Below, one piece after another: positions 22,487 to 41,829 of a stretch of DNA of 64,000 nt. The stretch lies in assembly GCF_009914755.1 (NCBI RefSeq), contig NC_060932.1; one strand, written 5' to 3'. The notes below the pieces were generated by a model that saw only the letters and a program-made list of their open reading frames with translations, searched no databases and had not been told where the DNA came from. This stretch comes from the human T2T-CHM13v2.0 reference genome, Homo sapiens. The translations under genes were made by a program, and so were the position numbers. The stretch's first letter is position 1, and the number at the start of each line of letters is the position of its first letter.

Positions 22487-25400
22487 TGTCTCACGTGTGT
22501 CTGTGTGAAGAGACCACCAAACAGGCTTTGTGTGAGCAACAAGGCTGTTTATTTCACCTGGGTGCAGGTGGGCTGAGTCTAAAAAGAGAGTCAGCAAAGG
22601 GTGGTGGATTATCATTGGTTCTTATAGGTTTTGGGATAGGCGGTGGAGTTAAGAGCAACGTTTTGGGGACAGGGAATGGATCTCACAAAATACATTCTCA
22701 AGGGTGGGGAGAATTACAAAGAAACTTCTTAAGGGTGGGGGAGATTATAAAGAACCTTCTTAAGGGTGGGGGAGATTACAAAGTACATTGATCAGTTAGG
22801 GTGGGACAGAAACAAATCACAATGGTGGAATGTCATCAGTTAAGGCTATTTTCACTTCTGTGGCTCTTCAGTTGCTTCAGACCATCTGGATGTACACGTG
22901 CAAGTCACTGGGGATATGATGGCTTAGCTTGGGCTCAGAGGCCTGACATTCCTGTCTTCTCATATTAATAAGAAAAATAAAACAAAATAGTGGTAAAGTG
23001 TTGGGGTGGCGAAAATTTTTTGGGGGGTGGCATGGGGAGATAATGGGCGATGTTTCTCAGGACTGCTTTGAGTGGGATTAAGGGCGGAGTGGGAACATAC
23101 AGTGGGAGAGATTCAACTGAAGAAAGATTTTGGGGTAAGGGGTGATATTGTGGGGTTGTTAGAAGGAGCATTTGTTGTATAGAATTATGAGTGATGGCCT
23201 GGATGCGGTTTTGTGTGAATTGAGAAACTAAATGAAAGACACAAGGTCCGAATAAAAGAAGGAGAAAAACAGGTATTAAAGGACTAAGAATTGGGAGTAC
23301 CCAGGATGTCCAATTAGAGAGTGTCCAAGGGGGTCTAACGTTATTGTTAGAGATTAAGCTGAAGGAAGATTTTGTGGTAAGGGGTGATATTGTGGGGTTG
23401 TTAGAAGAAACATTTGTCGTATAGAACGATTGGTGATGGCCTGGATACAGTTTTGGATGAATTGAGAAACTAAATGGAAGACACAAGGTAAGAGAAGGAG
23501 AAAAAGAGGTATTAAAGGACTAAGAATTGGGAGGACCCAGGACTTCTAATTAGAGTGTCCAAGGGGGTGCAAGGGGGTTAGCATAATTACTTGCTTGGTT
23601 TGCAAGCTTTTAGGCTCTATCTTTGAGTTTTTTTTAATGCTGTCATATACCAGGCCAGATCGATTTAGGTAAAAACAGCACTCTTCATTTAAAAATATAG
23701 AGCCCCCCCCCCTTTTTTTTTTAGCAGTGAGTAAGTCGAGACCTCAGCAATTTTGGAGGAAAGAGAAATGCAAAGCCAGCAATTGTTTGTTAAAGAAGGA
23801 TTAGAAACGGCTAGGAGAGAGTGACTGAGATTGATAGTGTGGTGGAGATAGCTGGGGAGAGGTAGAGGGTGGCATAAGAATGGGAACGAGAATAAAAGTA
23901 TAAAAGTAAAGAATAGGACTTCATCAGGGTGAAAGTATTGGAGTATACTTTGCCACTGAAGATCTTCTATCCATTTTAAGAGAGACTTAAGGGTGGCAGT
24001 TTGAGGTAAAACCAGGCGCCACTGAATACCAAGAGCCTGAGAAACTGCTTGGGTGATTTGACTAGTAAAGGACGGTCTGTTATTGGACTGTATAGAGGTG
24101 AGAAGGCCAAACTGAGGAATTATATCTGACAGAAGGGAAGAAATGACTGCGGTGGCCTTCTTAAACCCTGTGGGAAAGGCCTCTACCCATCCCGTGAAAG
24201 TGTCTACCCAGACCAAGAGGTATTTTAGTTTCCTGACTTGAGGCATATGAGTAAAGTCAATTTGCCAGTCCTAGGCAGGGGCAAATCCCCGAGCTTGATG
24301 TGTAGGGAAGGGAGGGAGCCTGCAGATGGAACACTGAGAAGTGATTTCCTTAAGGATAGATTTCCATGATGGAAAGGAAATGAGAGGTTCTAAGAGGCGG
24401 GTTAGCATCTTGTAACCTACATGGAAGAGGTTATGAAATGACGACAGAATAGAATGGGCCTGTGAGGCTGGAAGGAGATATTTTCGTTGGTCCAAGAACC
24501 ATTTGCCTTGTGTGGGAAGAGATTGATAGGTGGAAGTTTCAGTGGGGGCAGTAGGTGGGAGTGACCAGATGAGAAGGAGAAAAACTGCAGTGGGGGTTAG
24601 AAGTTGGAACGCTAGCTGCTTTTTTAGCTACCTTATCAGCATAAGCATTGCCCTGAGTGATGGGATCTGATGCCTTTTGATGGCCCTTGCAGTGAATGAC
24701 TTCAGCTTCTTTTGGAAGTAAAGCGGCCTGAAGAAGAGTTTTAATTAAAGAGGCATTAATGATGGAGGACCCTTGCATAGTGAGGAAACCTTTCAGCCCA
24801 TAAAACAGCATGGTGGTGCAGGATATGGGGTCAGTATAAATATTGATGCGTAGTCCTTTTGCAAGAGTGAGGGCCTGAGTTAAGGCAATGAGTTCGGCTT
24901 GCCGAGAGGTAGTGGAGGGGGGCAGAGCAGTAGCCTCAATGATAGATGTGGAAGATACTATAGCATAGCCTGCCTTTGCTGGTGTGTGGCAATTAGGCCT
25001 GGTGGAACTGCCATCAATAAACCAAGTGTGATCAGGGTGAGGAACAGGAAAGAAGGAAATATAGGGAAATGGAGTGAATGCCAAGTGTATCAGAGAGATA
25101 CAGTCATGGGGGTCAGGTGTGGTATCAGGAATAATGTTGGAGGCTGGATTGAAGTCCGGGCCAGGAACAATGGTAACTGTGGGAGACTCAACAAAGCGTG
25201 AGTATAGCCGAAGGAGCCGGGGAGCAGAAAGTATATGCATCAGGTGTGAGGAAGAAAATAGATTTTGGAAGTTATGAGAGCTGTAGAAAGTGAGTTGAGC
25301 ATAGTGTGTGATTTTGAGGGCCTCTAAAAGTATTAGGGCGGCGGCAGCCACTGCACGCAGACATGAGGACTAGGCTCAAAGAGTAAGGTCAAGTTTGGAC

Positions 25401-28400
25401 AGAAAGGCTACAGGGCGTGGTCCTGGCTTTTGTGTAAGAACTCCAACTGCACAGCCCTGCACTTTGGCTGTGTGTAATGAAAAGTGTTGGGATGAGTTAG
25501 GGAGAGCTAGTGTGGGGGCAGCTTCTAGGGCTGTTTTTAAGGAAAGGAAAGAGGAGTGGCAAAAGGATTTAGGATCTATGGGGTCAGCTAGGTTTGGTTT
25601 TGTGAGTCTACATAATGGTTTAGTCAGGATGGTAAAACTAGGTATCCAAAGGCGGAAGTACCCAACTATGCCTCGGAAGGAAAGGAGTTGTTTTGTAGAA
25701 GGGGTTGGGGTTTGGGAGATTAGCCAGATACGATCAGCAGGGAAAGCACGTGTGTTTTCATGAAGAATTAGCTGCTGAGATAGGTAACAGATGGGGAAGA
25801 AATTTGGGCTTGACTGAAGTAATGGGGGCTGTCTGTGAAGCCTTGCGGCAGAACTGCCCAGGTAGTTTGCTGAGCCTGATGGGTGTCGGGGTCAGTCCAA
25901 GCGAAAGCAAAGAGAGGCTGGGATGAAGGGGGCAAGGAATAGTAAAGAAAGCATGTTTGAGATCCAGAACAGAATAATGGGTTATGGAGGGGTTGTGCAG
26001 AGAGGTACTGAGGATAGGAGAGTATGTGGGTTTGGCGTCACGGAGTGGACAGGCAAGACAATTTGGTTGATAAGGCGCAGATCCTGAACTAACCTGTAAG
26101 GCTTGTCCGGTTTTTGGATAGGTAAAATGGGGGAATTGTAAGGAGAGTTTATAGGCTTTAAAAGGCCATGCTGTAACAGGCAAGTGATAACAGGCTTTAA
26201 TCCTTTTAAAGCATGCTGTGGGATGGGATATTGGCATTGAGTGGGGTAAGGGTGATTAGGTGTTAATGGGATGGTAAGGGGTGCATCATTTGTCGCCAAG
26301 GAGGGAGTAGAGGTATCCTATACTTGTGTATTAAGGTGGGGAGATACAAGGAGAGGATGTGAAGGAGGCTTGAACTGGGGCAGAAGGCAACAATGAGGTG
26401 TGGCTGTAGCCCAGGAATAATCAGGGAAGCAGATAATTTAGTTAAAATGTCTCAGCCTAATAAGGGAGCTGGGCAGGTGGGTATAACTAAAAAGGAGTGC
26501 ATAAAAGAATATTGTCCAAGTTAGCACCAGAGTTGGGGAGTTTTAAGAGGTTTAGAAGCCTGGCCGTCAATGCCCACAACAGTTGTGGAGGCAAGGGAAA
26601 CAGGCCCTTGAAAATAAGGTAATGCGGAGTGAGTAGCCTCCATATTGATTAAGAAGGGGACGGACTTACCCTCCACTGTAAGAGTTACCCAAAGCTCGGC
26701 ATCTATGATGGTCCAGGGGGCTTCCGAGGCGATCGGGCTGTGTCAGTCTTCAGTCGCTAAGCTGAGAAGATCTGGGAAGGAGTCGATCAGAGCCTTGGGC
26801 CAGTTAGACAGTCCAATTTCCAATGGGGTCTGCACAGATGGGACACGGCTTAGGAGGAATCCCGGGCTGTGGGCATTCCTTGGCCCAGTGGCCAAATTTC
26901 CTGCACTTGAAGCAAGATCCTGGGGGAGGAAGTTCTGGAGGAACCCCTGGCAGCTGTGGTTCAGGTGTTTGGAGTTCTTGTGTGCTGGAGATCTGGCTGG
27001 GGTTTATCTCACAGTGGAGGCAAGGAATTGCAACTCAGAAATACATTGCTACTTGGCTGCCTCTACTCTATTACTGTACACCTTGAAGGCGAGGTTAATT
27101 AAGTCCTGTTGTGGGGTTTGAGGGCCGGAATCTAATTTTTGGAGCTTTTTCTAATGTCGGGAGAAGATTGGGTAATAAAATAAAATGCATATTGAGAACA
27201 AGATGGCCTTCTGACCTTTCAGGGTCTAGGGCTGTAAAGTGTCTAAGGGTTGTTGCCAAATGGGCCATGAACTGGGCTGGGTTTTTATATTTGATGAAAA
27301 AGAGCCTAAATGCCAACTGATTTGGGAGAGGTCGGATAAAGAAAAAGGAGCATTAACCTTGACTATGCCTTTAGCTCCAGCCACCTTTTTAAGAGGAAAT
27401 TGCTGGGCAGGTGGGGGAGGGCTAGTCTCGGAACAAAACTGTAAGCCAGACTGGGTGTGAGGATGGGAGGTGATAGGAGGATTATAGGGTTGGGGAGCAG
27501 AGGCTGAGGAAGAATTGGGACCTGGCTTGGCCTGGGGAGGAGCAGCCTGGGGAGAAGGGGAGAGGTCAGATGAGTCCATAGAAAAGAAGGATTCAAAGGA
27601 CTCAGAGCTTGGGTTGGAGACTGAAGGAACAGACAGGAGAGAAAGAAGAAAGATTTGGGATGAGTCGCATTGGGAACAGAGGCTAGGGAGGGACCAATGT
27701 GTAAAAGAATGCCTGGATGTCACGCATCTCAGACCATTTGCCTATTTTTCAACAAAATTTATCTAGATCTTGTAGGATAGACAAATCGAAAGTGCCATTC
27801 TCTGGCCACTTGGAACTACTGTTGAGTTTGTATTGGGATGAAGCAGTACTGCAGAAGAAAATAAGATGCTTAGATTTTAGGTCAGGCGAGAGTTGAAGAG
27901 GTTTTAAGTTCTTGAGAACACAGGCTAATGGAGAAGAAGGAGGAATGGAGGGTGGAAGGTTGCCTATAGTGAAGGAGGCAAGTTTAAAGAGAAGGGTAGA
28001 GACATGGAGAAGGGGGGTGGGGAGCAGCCAAAGCAGACATCCCCGCAATTGACTTGCCACCAAGGGAATGTGGGTGAATGACCAAGGCAGGCGTCCCGAA
28101 GGAGATCAGACACCAATGGAACGTGGGTGAATAATCAGAGAGGCATCCCCATAATGATTAAACACCAAGGGAAGGCTGCCTTCCCAAGTCCATGACCGGC
28201 GCCAGAGTTTTGGGTCCACGGATGAAATGTGTCTCCTTTGTCTGTACCAGAAAATGAAAGGAATTGAAATTAAGAGAAAGGAAAGATTGAAGGGTGGTGC
28301 CAAGATTGAAAGGAGAAAGAGATTGAGGGATAGTGAGAGAGGTTGGAGAAGAGAGTAAAAAGAGGCCACTTACCCGATTTAAAATTGGTGAGATGTTCCT

Positions 28401-28414
28401 TGGGCTGGTTGGTC

Positions 28415-28416
<2 letters not shown>
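22487..28416 (-). mobile_element. HERV-H provirus lacking its 5' LTR and PBS (3' LTR7 at 22487-22948); degenerate gag-pro-pol, mostly deleted env
   Basis: LTR7 TGTCAGGCCTCTGAGCCCAAGCTAAG. Gag GNLPPSIPPSSPLAC...WPENGTF, RT PYNSPILPIQKPDKPYRLVQDLR, RNaseH WFIDGSS...AELIAL, IN WVDTFTGWVEAFP. The YIDD segment is deleted (FSQA|QISSPSVTYL). Confidence 0.93.
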
Positions 28417-29418
<1,002 letters not shown>

Positions 29419-29474
29419 CCAATAAAGTGACTATAAACATTTGTGTACAGGTTTTTCCATGAACATGAAAGTAC

Positions 29475-29776
29475 ATTAGATTTATATTCCTGCTGTAACA
29501 AATCACCACAAATTTAGTGGCTTAAAACAATATAAACTTATTATCTTACACTTATGGAGGTCAGAGGTCTGCCTTTCTTCTGGAGTCTCTAGGGAAAAAA
29601 ATCCATTCTTTGTCTTTTCCTTCCAGAGGCTGCTGGCATTTCTTGCTTTTGGCTTCATTAATCCACCTAATTTAATCACCTCTGCAAAAAGCCTCTGCCA
29701 TGTGAAGTAATGTGTTCCCAAATTCTGTGGATTAGGATGTGTACATCATTATGGGGCTATTATTTAGGGGGGCACA
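29475..29776 (-). mobile_element. MLT1-type MaLR LTR fragment
   Basis: gctgtaacaaatcaccacaaatttagtggcttaaaacaa motif. Confidence 0.65.
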
Positions 29777-29802
29777 GTGAATTTTCACTTCTCTGAGATA
29801 AG

Positions 29803-31107
29803 TGTAACTGCCTAGTGGTTTCACCTTGCCTGCTGCCTAGATAGAGCTGATTTACCAAGACAGGGGAATTGCAATACAGAAAGAGTAATTCACGCAGAGC
29901 CGGCTGTGCAGGAGACTGGAGCTTTATTATTTCCCAAATCAGTCTCCCCAAGCATTCAGGGATCAGAGTTTTTAAGGATAATTTGGTGGGTTGGGGACAG
30001 CCAGTGAGTCAGAAGTGCTGACTGATTGAGTCGGAGATGAAATCATAAGGAGTCAAAACTGTCTTGCATGGAGTCAGTTCCTGAGTGGGGGTCACAAGAT
30101 CAGATGAGCCAGTTTATCAGTCTGGGTGGTGCTGTTACTGGAGGAGGGTCCTGATCCAGACCCCAAGAAAGGGTTCTTAGATCTTGCACAAAAAACGACT
30201 CGAGGCAAATCCATAAAGTGAAAGCAAGTTTATTAAGAAAGTAAAAGAATAAGGAATGGCTACTCCATAGGCAGAGTAGCCCCAAGGGCTGCTGTTTGTC
30301 TGTTTTAATGGTTATTTCTTGATTGTATGCTAAACAAGGCATGGATTATTCAGGAGTTTTCTGGAAAAAGGGTGAGCAATTCCCAAAACTGAGGGTTCCC
30401 CTTTTTCGACTATATAGGGTAACTTCCTGGCATTGCCGTGACATTTGTAAACTGTCATGGCACTGGTGGGAGTGTGTTTCAGCAAGTGAATGCATCATAA
30501 TTAGTGTATAATGAGCAGTGAGGATGACCAGAGGTCACTTTTGTCACCATCTTGGTTTTGGTGGGTTTTGACCGCTTCTTTATCTCATCCTTTTATCAAC
30601 AAGGTCTTTATGACCTGTACCTTGTGCTGACCTCCTATCTCATCCTGTGACTTAGACTGCCTGACCTCCTGGGAGTGCAGCCCAGTAGGTCTCAGCCTTA
30701 TTTTACCCAGCCCCTATTTAAGATGGAGTCATTCTGGTTCATGTACCTCGGACAGTGCCAGCTGATTCATGAAGTGCAGGGTCTGCAAAATATCTCAAGC
30801 ACTCATCTTAGGTTTTACAATAATAATGTTATCCTCCAGGTGCATGACTCCAAAATCATAATTTCTAATCTTATGGCTAATTTGTTAGTCCTACAAAGGC
30901 AGTCCTGTCCCCAGACAAGAAGGAGGTCTATTTTGGGAAAGGGCTTTTATCATCTTTGTTTTAAACTATAAACTAAGTTCCCCCCAAATTTAGTTCAACC
31001 TATGCCCAGGGATGAGCAAGCATAATTTGGAGGTTAGAAGCAAAATGGACTTGGTTAGTTAAGATCTCTTTCACTGTCTCAGTTATAATTTTACAATGAC
31101 AGTTTCA
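29803..31107 (-). mobile_element. Solo LTR8-like element (host of MER41)
   Basis: TG...CA termini with 4-bp TSD TAAG. Confidence 0.75.
30133..30754 (-). mobile_element. Solo MER41B-like LTR nested in LTR8
   Basis: Minus strand TGTCCGAGGTACATGAACCAGAATGACTCCATCTTAAATAGGGGCTGGGTAAAATAAGGCTGAGACC. TSD GTGC. Confidence 0.85.
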
Positions 31108-31665
31108 TAAGTACCTAAAAGTGCAACAATTTGTTCATATGGTAGTTGTATGTATAGTTTTATATGAAATTGTCAGTTTTCCATAGTGACTGCCTCAGTT
31201 TATAATCCCATCAGCAACATGGGAATGACATAGTTTCTCTACAACTTCACAAGCATTTGGTGCTCTTACTCTTTTTTATTTTAGCCATTCTAATAGGTGG
31301 TTAATGATATCTTACCATGGCTTTAATTTGCATTTCTCTAATAGCTAAAGATGTTGGATATACTCATGGTTTTTACATGTCATCTGTATATTCTCTTTGG
31401 TAAAATATCTGTCCATATCTCTTTGTCTGCATTATTTTTAATGTAAATAACCAGCAGTTCTTTAGAAATATTTTCACCAGGGGTAATAACAGAATTAAGT
31501 CGTTCTTTGGATAGATTTTTCACCTGCATCTCTGAGGAAATTTTAGTGTAGTGCTTCTAAAACTTTAGTGTGCATCAGAATCATGAGTAGAGCTTATTAA
31601 ACTAATTGTTGCGATCCAACCCAAATTTCTGATTTAGTAACCATGGGGTGGGGCCCTAGATTTAA

Positions 31666-32040
<375 letters not shown>

Positions 32041-32252
32041 TAAATTTTCCTGTAGTAAACTGACCATGAATGAGAAAGTTGTGCTCAAAAGTGAAGTGCT
32101 ACCAAAAAACAAAAATGGTTGGGGACATGTCAAAAAGATGCAAGAACCAACCTGATCTTCAAAAGGCCAAAACGAGAGTAATTTGAACAACAAAATTAGT
32201 AATAACTGTACTGGATTATAACCTAAAGAATAAAACAAATATCTCTAAGTCC

Positions 32253-33573
32253 TGTGAAGGAAAATATATCTTCAGACCCCAGATTCACTAAGCCAAAGGG
32301 AAAAGTCAAGCTGTCAGGTAAAACTGCCTCCCATTGTATTCCTAAATAAAATAGCTACAAAGATAAAAAGGCTGTATACCTCCCTCACAACTTTCCCACA
32401 AGGAAATTTCTTGTAGACAAAGGACAGAAAGAATTCAGAGCCATCCCTCTGCTCCTGTGAGACAAATGCATATGTGGGTGCTTCTTTTGCCCTATTGTTT
32501 CACTAAGCTAGATGAAGGCATAAGCGACTATTCCTATAAATTGTGTATTCAGTCAAAGGCTAATCAGAAACTCAAAAGAATGCAATCGTTTGTCTCTTAT
32601 CTACCTATCTAGATGGGATAATTCCCTTGACCCCCTTCATGGGCAGGAACTGGAATGGTTTGTTTCACTTAGCCCTCCACTGGCCACTCCTCATGAGAGG
32701 GAGCATGCAAGCAAGCAAGTATGGGAACCGGAGCAAATGAACCAAATGAACTCTGGAACCCACCTGTTGTTCCCCTCTGATGGAGCAGGCTCTGTGCAGC
32801 CCTGCAGCAGCATCAAAGCATATTACAACTCTTTCGTCTCTGCCATCTGGGGATGGCCAAGTGCCAACCAGTTGAAAGGGTCAGGTTGGCAGCCCCTGCC
32901 CTCTCAGTACCTGGGTTCTTGTTTGGCATCCAGGAAGAATCATGTCACATGAATGGATTGAAGGGTAGTGTATGTGGAGGATTTTACTGGGCAGTGGAAG
33001 TGGCTCTCAGTGGGATGGGGAGTCAGAAAGGGGATGGATGGTATGGGAAGAAAGTGATCTTTCCCTGAAAACTGGCCATCTCTGGCCGGGCCCCTCTCTG
33101 AAGCCGCACCGTCTGAAGTTAGCCATGTCTATACATAGTCTCCAATGCTCAGTTGCTTCTCTGCTCACCACTCAACCACTTGTATCCCCAATGCTCAGCT
33201 GCTTGTATCCCCAACGGCCACTTACATTGCTCTGCCAGCTGAAGTCTTTTTATGGGCACATGATATGGGCATGGCAGATCAAAGAGGCAACATTTGGGTG
33301 GAAAAAATGGGGTCGGCTGTTTTCACTTAGGGCCTCAGTTTCAGGCTTAAGGGTGGGGTTTAGCAGGGAGCCCAGCCCTTCTGTATCACTATGACTTGGA
33401 TGCCCATCCCCACTTCAAGTTGTCCCACCTTTCTGGACAGAACAAATGTGCATCTTACATATATTGATTAATGTCTCATGTCTCCCTAAAATGTATAAAA
33501 CCAAGCTGTGCCCTGACCCCTTTGGGCACATGTCAACAGGACTTCCTGAGGCTGTGTCATAGATGTGTCCTTA
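32253..33573 (+). mobile_element. MER4-type LTR with a second ERV1 LTR nested at ~32609-33388
   Basis: tgtgaaggaaaatatatctt...ccaaagggaaaagtcaagctg, aataaactttctaa. ctat is repeated around the nested element. Confidence 0.6.
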
Positions 33574-33938
33574 ACCTTGGCGAAATAAACTTTCTAAGTT
33601 GAGTACGACCTGTCTTACATATTTTGGGTTCCTAGTCCATTGCTATATAAATAAATGGGGGAGGCTGGGTGTGGTGCCTCACACCCGTAATCCCAGCACT
33701 TTGGGACACCAAGGTGGGTGGACCGCTTAAGGCCAGGAGTTCGAGATCAGCCTAGCCAACATAGTGAAACCCTGTCTCTACTAAAAATACAAAAATTAGC
33801 CAGGCGTGGTGGCAGGCACCTGTACTCCCAGCTACTCAGGAGGTTGAGGCGGGAGAATTGCTTGCAACTGGCAGGCGGAGGTTGCAGTGAGCTCACTTCA
33901 CTGCACTCCAGCCTGGGTGACAGAGTGAGACCCTATCT

Positions 33939-33971
<33 letters not shown>

Positions 33972-34465
33972 ATAAATGGGGGAGAAGGGGCAAGACTTAC
34001 CTACATATGAATTCTAAATAACATATCTAAGTACTCTCCCACCAAAGAGGTGAAGTTTTAATTCTCTTCCTCTTGAGTATGGGCTGGATTTAATGACTCA
34101 TCTTAAGGAGAAAACACTAACTTTGCCATGGAAAAATCTGACAGACATCATCTTAACCAAATGATCAAGAGGGATATCACCAATATATACATACTGAAGT
34201 CATGTATGACATATGATGTGATGAGAAAGGCACCTCTCCTTGTGGTACTGTCCTCCCGTGGCAGGGTGAACTCACAAATTGGGGCTCAGCCTGGAAGGAC
34301 AAGTGGGTTCTTGGCTTCATGCAGGAAAGAGTTCAAAAGCAAGCTGACAGGGTAAAGTGAAAGCAAGTTTATTACGAAAGTAAAGGAATATCAAAGTAAT
34401 AAAAGCCATTTATGACAAACCCACAGCCAGTACCATGCTGAATGGGGAAAAGTTAAAAGCATTCC

Positions 34466-36074
<1,609 letters not shown>

Positions 36075-36451
36075 ATGAAAGACCAAGAAACTGAGAAATT
36101 GGAGGGGATTAAATAGACGTGACACTGAAATGTTATGTGGTATTCTAGAATAGAAAAATATATATATTCGTGGGAAAACTGAGGAACCCTATAGTTAACA
36201 ATATTGTACGCACGTTAAAAGTATTGTACCCATGTCAATTACAATTTTTTAAAGCCCATATCTTGGTATAATTACAATGTTGTGTAAGATGTGAAAATTA
36301 AGGAAAGGCGAGTGAAGAATACACAGGAACTCTCTTTGCAATACTTCCATAAATTTAAAATTATTTCAAAATAAAGGTGCTTTTTTCTTTTTTCTTTTTT
36401 TTTTTTTTGCTTGTTGCCCAGGCTGGAGTGAAATGGCCCAATCTCGGCTAA

Positions 36452-38478
<2,027 letters not shown>

Positions 38479-39203
38479 CCACCACCACTGTCGGCTTTTT
38501 TTTTTTTTTTTTTTTAATACATGGACTTTTGGTCCAACCCTAGAGCTTCTGATTCTGTAAATAAGGGCTGAGTCCTGAGAATCTGCATTTGAATAAGTTC
38601 CTAGGAGATGTTGCTGCTAGTCCCAAGGAAACAGTTTGAAGAAATTGCTTTAAGCAAATCTTAAGGTTATTTGATGTTTTCTGCTGCCTTTTTCTTACCA
38701 TTGTAAATTTCTCTGCAGTAAACTTAAGAATAAATGGAAAAGTTTTGGCTTTTCTGTTTCAAAGCAGATTGATTGACTGATTTTTTACTTTATTCAGTGT
38801 CCTTCTTAGCTATTAGTGGTTTTACCTTATGCATGATATTTAAGAATACCTCCTTTTAAAAGTGCATCGATCAATCCTCAAGCTGAATTCTCTACACTTC
38901 GTTCATGTACTATATATGTTACTTAAAGATAACAGAAAGCCTTATAAATTTTGGCTTAAACACTGGTAAAATTCAAAGATAAGTTTAAGTGCTGCTAGTT
39001 AACAAAGCAAATCCAGGAAATTACTAGGCACAGAGTTTATTACTAAGTATCCCCCCACCCATTCTCCCCCTCTTCCTTAGTAATAAACATCCTCATTTTT
39101 AACTGAACACATGGCCACTCAGAATATATTTTCCAGCTTTCACTTAACTTTAAATACTTGTAGGAAACTATGTTTTAGTTAGTAGAAAGTAGCCAGAAAT
39201 GTT

Positions 39204-39924
<721 letters not shown>

Positions 39925-40073
39925 AATGGGAAAAATGCAATTTCTACAAAATGTCCTTAAAGGAGAACAATGTGCTTTCTTAACCTTGTTTTTCTGCTGG
40001 TGGGAATGTGATTAGGATGGCTGGAAGTTGAGCAGCCATCATGGGCCACAGGTAGAGGTATCATAATGAGGAT

Positions 40074-40547
40074 TGTTAGATATGAGTTCTAAATTTCTTT
40101 TCAAAGAATCAATATGTCAGTATGTTCAATTCTTTGCCTTTTACTTTTAAACTTAACTTCCTCATAAAGCAACCTTTTTCGATTACCTGCTCCATCCTGA
40201 CTCATTCTGATTACCTACTCCACCCTGACTCATTCCAATTACCTGCTCTGTCATAACCATTTTTCCCGCCAAACCACTCACCCTGTCAGTCTCTTTAAGT
40301 TAGCCAGTCAGAATTAGTTTAGCCTGTGCGGTCTAACCCTAGCCAATAGGGGAACAACACAGCAGAAGGGGCCACATGCGTCAGGGATAGAACCCCTTCC
40401 CTTCCCTTGTCTAAGTCTGTGCTCACCGTTGTTCCATCTGTAAGGGTGCACCCTTCTGTAGAAGTAACTTGCCTTGCTGAGAATTAAAAAGTAAATTCTA
40501 TATTCGAGTGCTACTTCTTTTGTGGCAACAAAACTTTATTTATAACA
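40074..40547 (+). mobile_element. Solo LTR10 (HERV-I group; LTR10A/F-like) with two AP-1 repeat units
   Basis: TGTTAGATATGAGTTCTAAATTTC...TATAACA with TSD GGAT. TGACTCA at 40198 and 40226. Confidence 0.88.
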
Positions 40548-41099
40548 GGATGGTGGAACAACAGACTAGAAGAAGCCTGGATTATCTGATACAATGGCAA
40601 CCCAAGTCCTGGAGTATATCCAGACTGCTGTTGTATGAGAAAAACAGATTTCTATCTTCGGCTCCTGTTATTTTGAACTTGATACCACTTGTAGCTGAAC
40701 CTAATTTGAACTGATACAAGTAATCATACAGAAGTTACAGTTGTGCAGACTGGAACTTCACTGTCTGTAATTTCAGCACTTTGGGAGGCCAAGGTGGGAG
40801 GATCCCTTGAGCCCAGGAGTTGGAGACCAGCCTGGGCAACATAGCAAGAACATGTTGCTATAATTAAACAACAAAACAACAAATAACAACAACACACGCA
40901 CACACAAACACCAAAGTTGGCTGAGGGAAAAATGGGGCCTTAAATCCAGCCTGCCCTCTCCTTTCCAAGCTTTGCACTGTGCTGTGTGCTCCAGGAGACT
41001 GACACACCCTAGTGGCTCTTTAGAAGAGTGCATTTTTACCTAGAAACTAGGCTCTGTGGCAACATTTTTCAAAATATCCTCTCCATTCTCCTTGCCCAA

Positions 41100-41829
41100 G
41101 ACCATGGGAACCCATCTCTTGCATCATCATGACATGGATGTGAGACCTGGAGTCAAAGGGGATCATTTTGGAGCTTTAAAATTTGAGTGCCCTTTGCATG
41201 GGCCCTGTAACCCCTTTGTTTTGGCCAATTTCTCCCATTTGGAATGGCTGTATTTACCCAATATCTGTACCCCCTTTGTATCTACGAAGTAGCTGGCTTG
41301 CTTTTTATTTTACAGGCTCATAGGCGAAAGGGACTTGCCTTGTCTCAGATGAGACTTTGGACTGTAGACTTTTGGGTTAATGCTGAAATGAGTTAAGACT
41401 TTGGGGTACTGTTGGGAAGGCATGATTGGTTTTGAAATGTAAGAAATGAGATTTGGAGGGGCCAGGGCAGAATGATATAGTTTGGCTATGTCCTCACCCA
41501 AATCTCAACTTGAATTTATCTCCCAGAATTCCCACGTGTTGTGGGAGGGACCCAGGGGGAGGTAATTGAATCATGGGGACCGGTATTTCCCATGCTAATC
41601 TCATTATAGTGAATTAAGTCTCATGAGATCTGATAGGTTTATCGGGGTTTCCCACTTTTGCTTCTTCCTCATTTTCTCCTGCTGCCCTCCATGTAAGAAG
41701 TGGCTTTTGCCTCCTGCCGTGATTCTGAGGCCTCCCCAGCCATGTGGAACTTTAAACACAATTTAACCCCTCTTTCTCTTCTCAGTCTCGGGTATGTCTT
41801 TATCAGCAGCATGAAAACGGACTAATACA
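41100..41829 (+). mobile_element. THE1 internal 3' remnant plus THE1 LTR (41473-41829)
   Basis: PPT ggaggggccagggcagaa, then TGATATAGTTTGGCT...GGACTAATACA. Confidence 0.85.
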
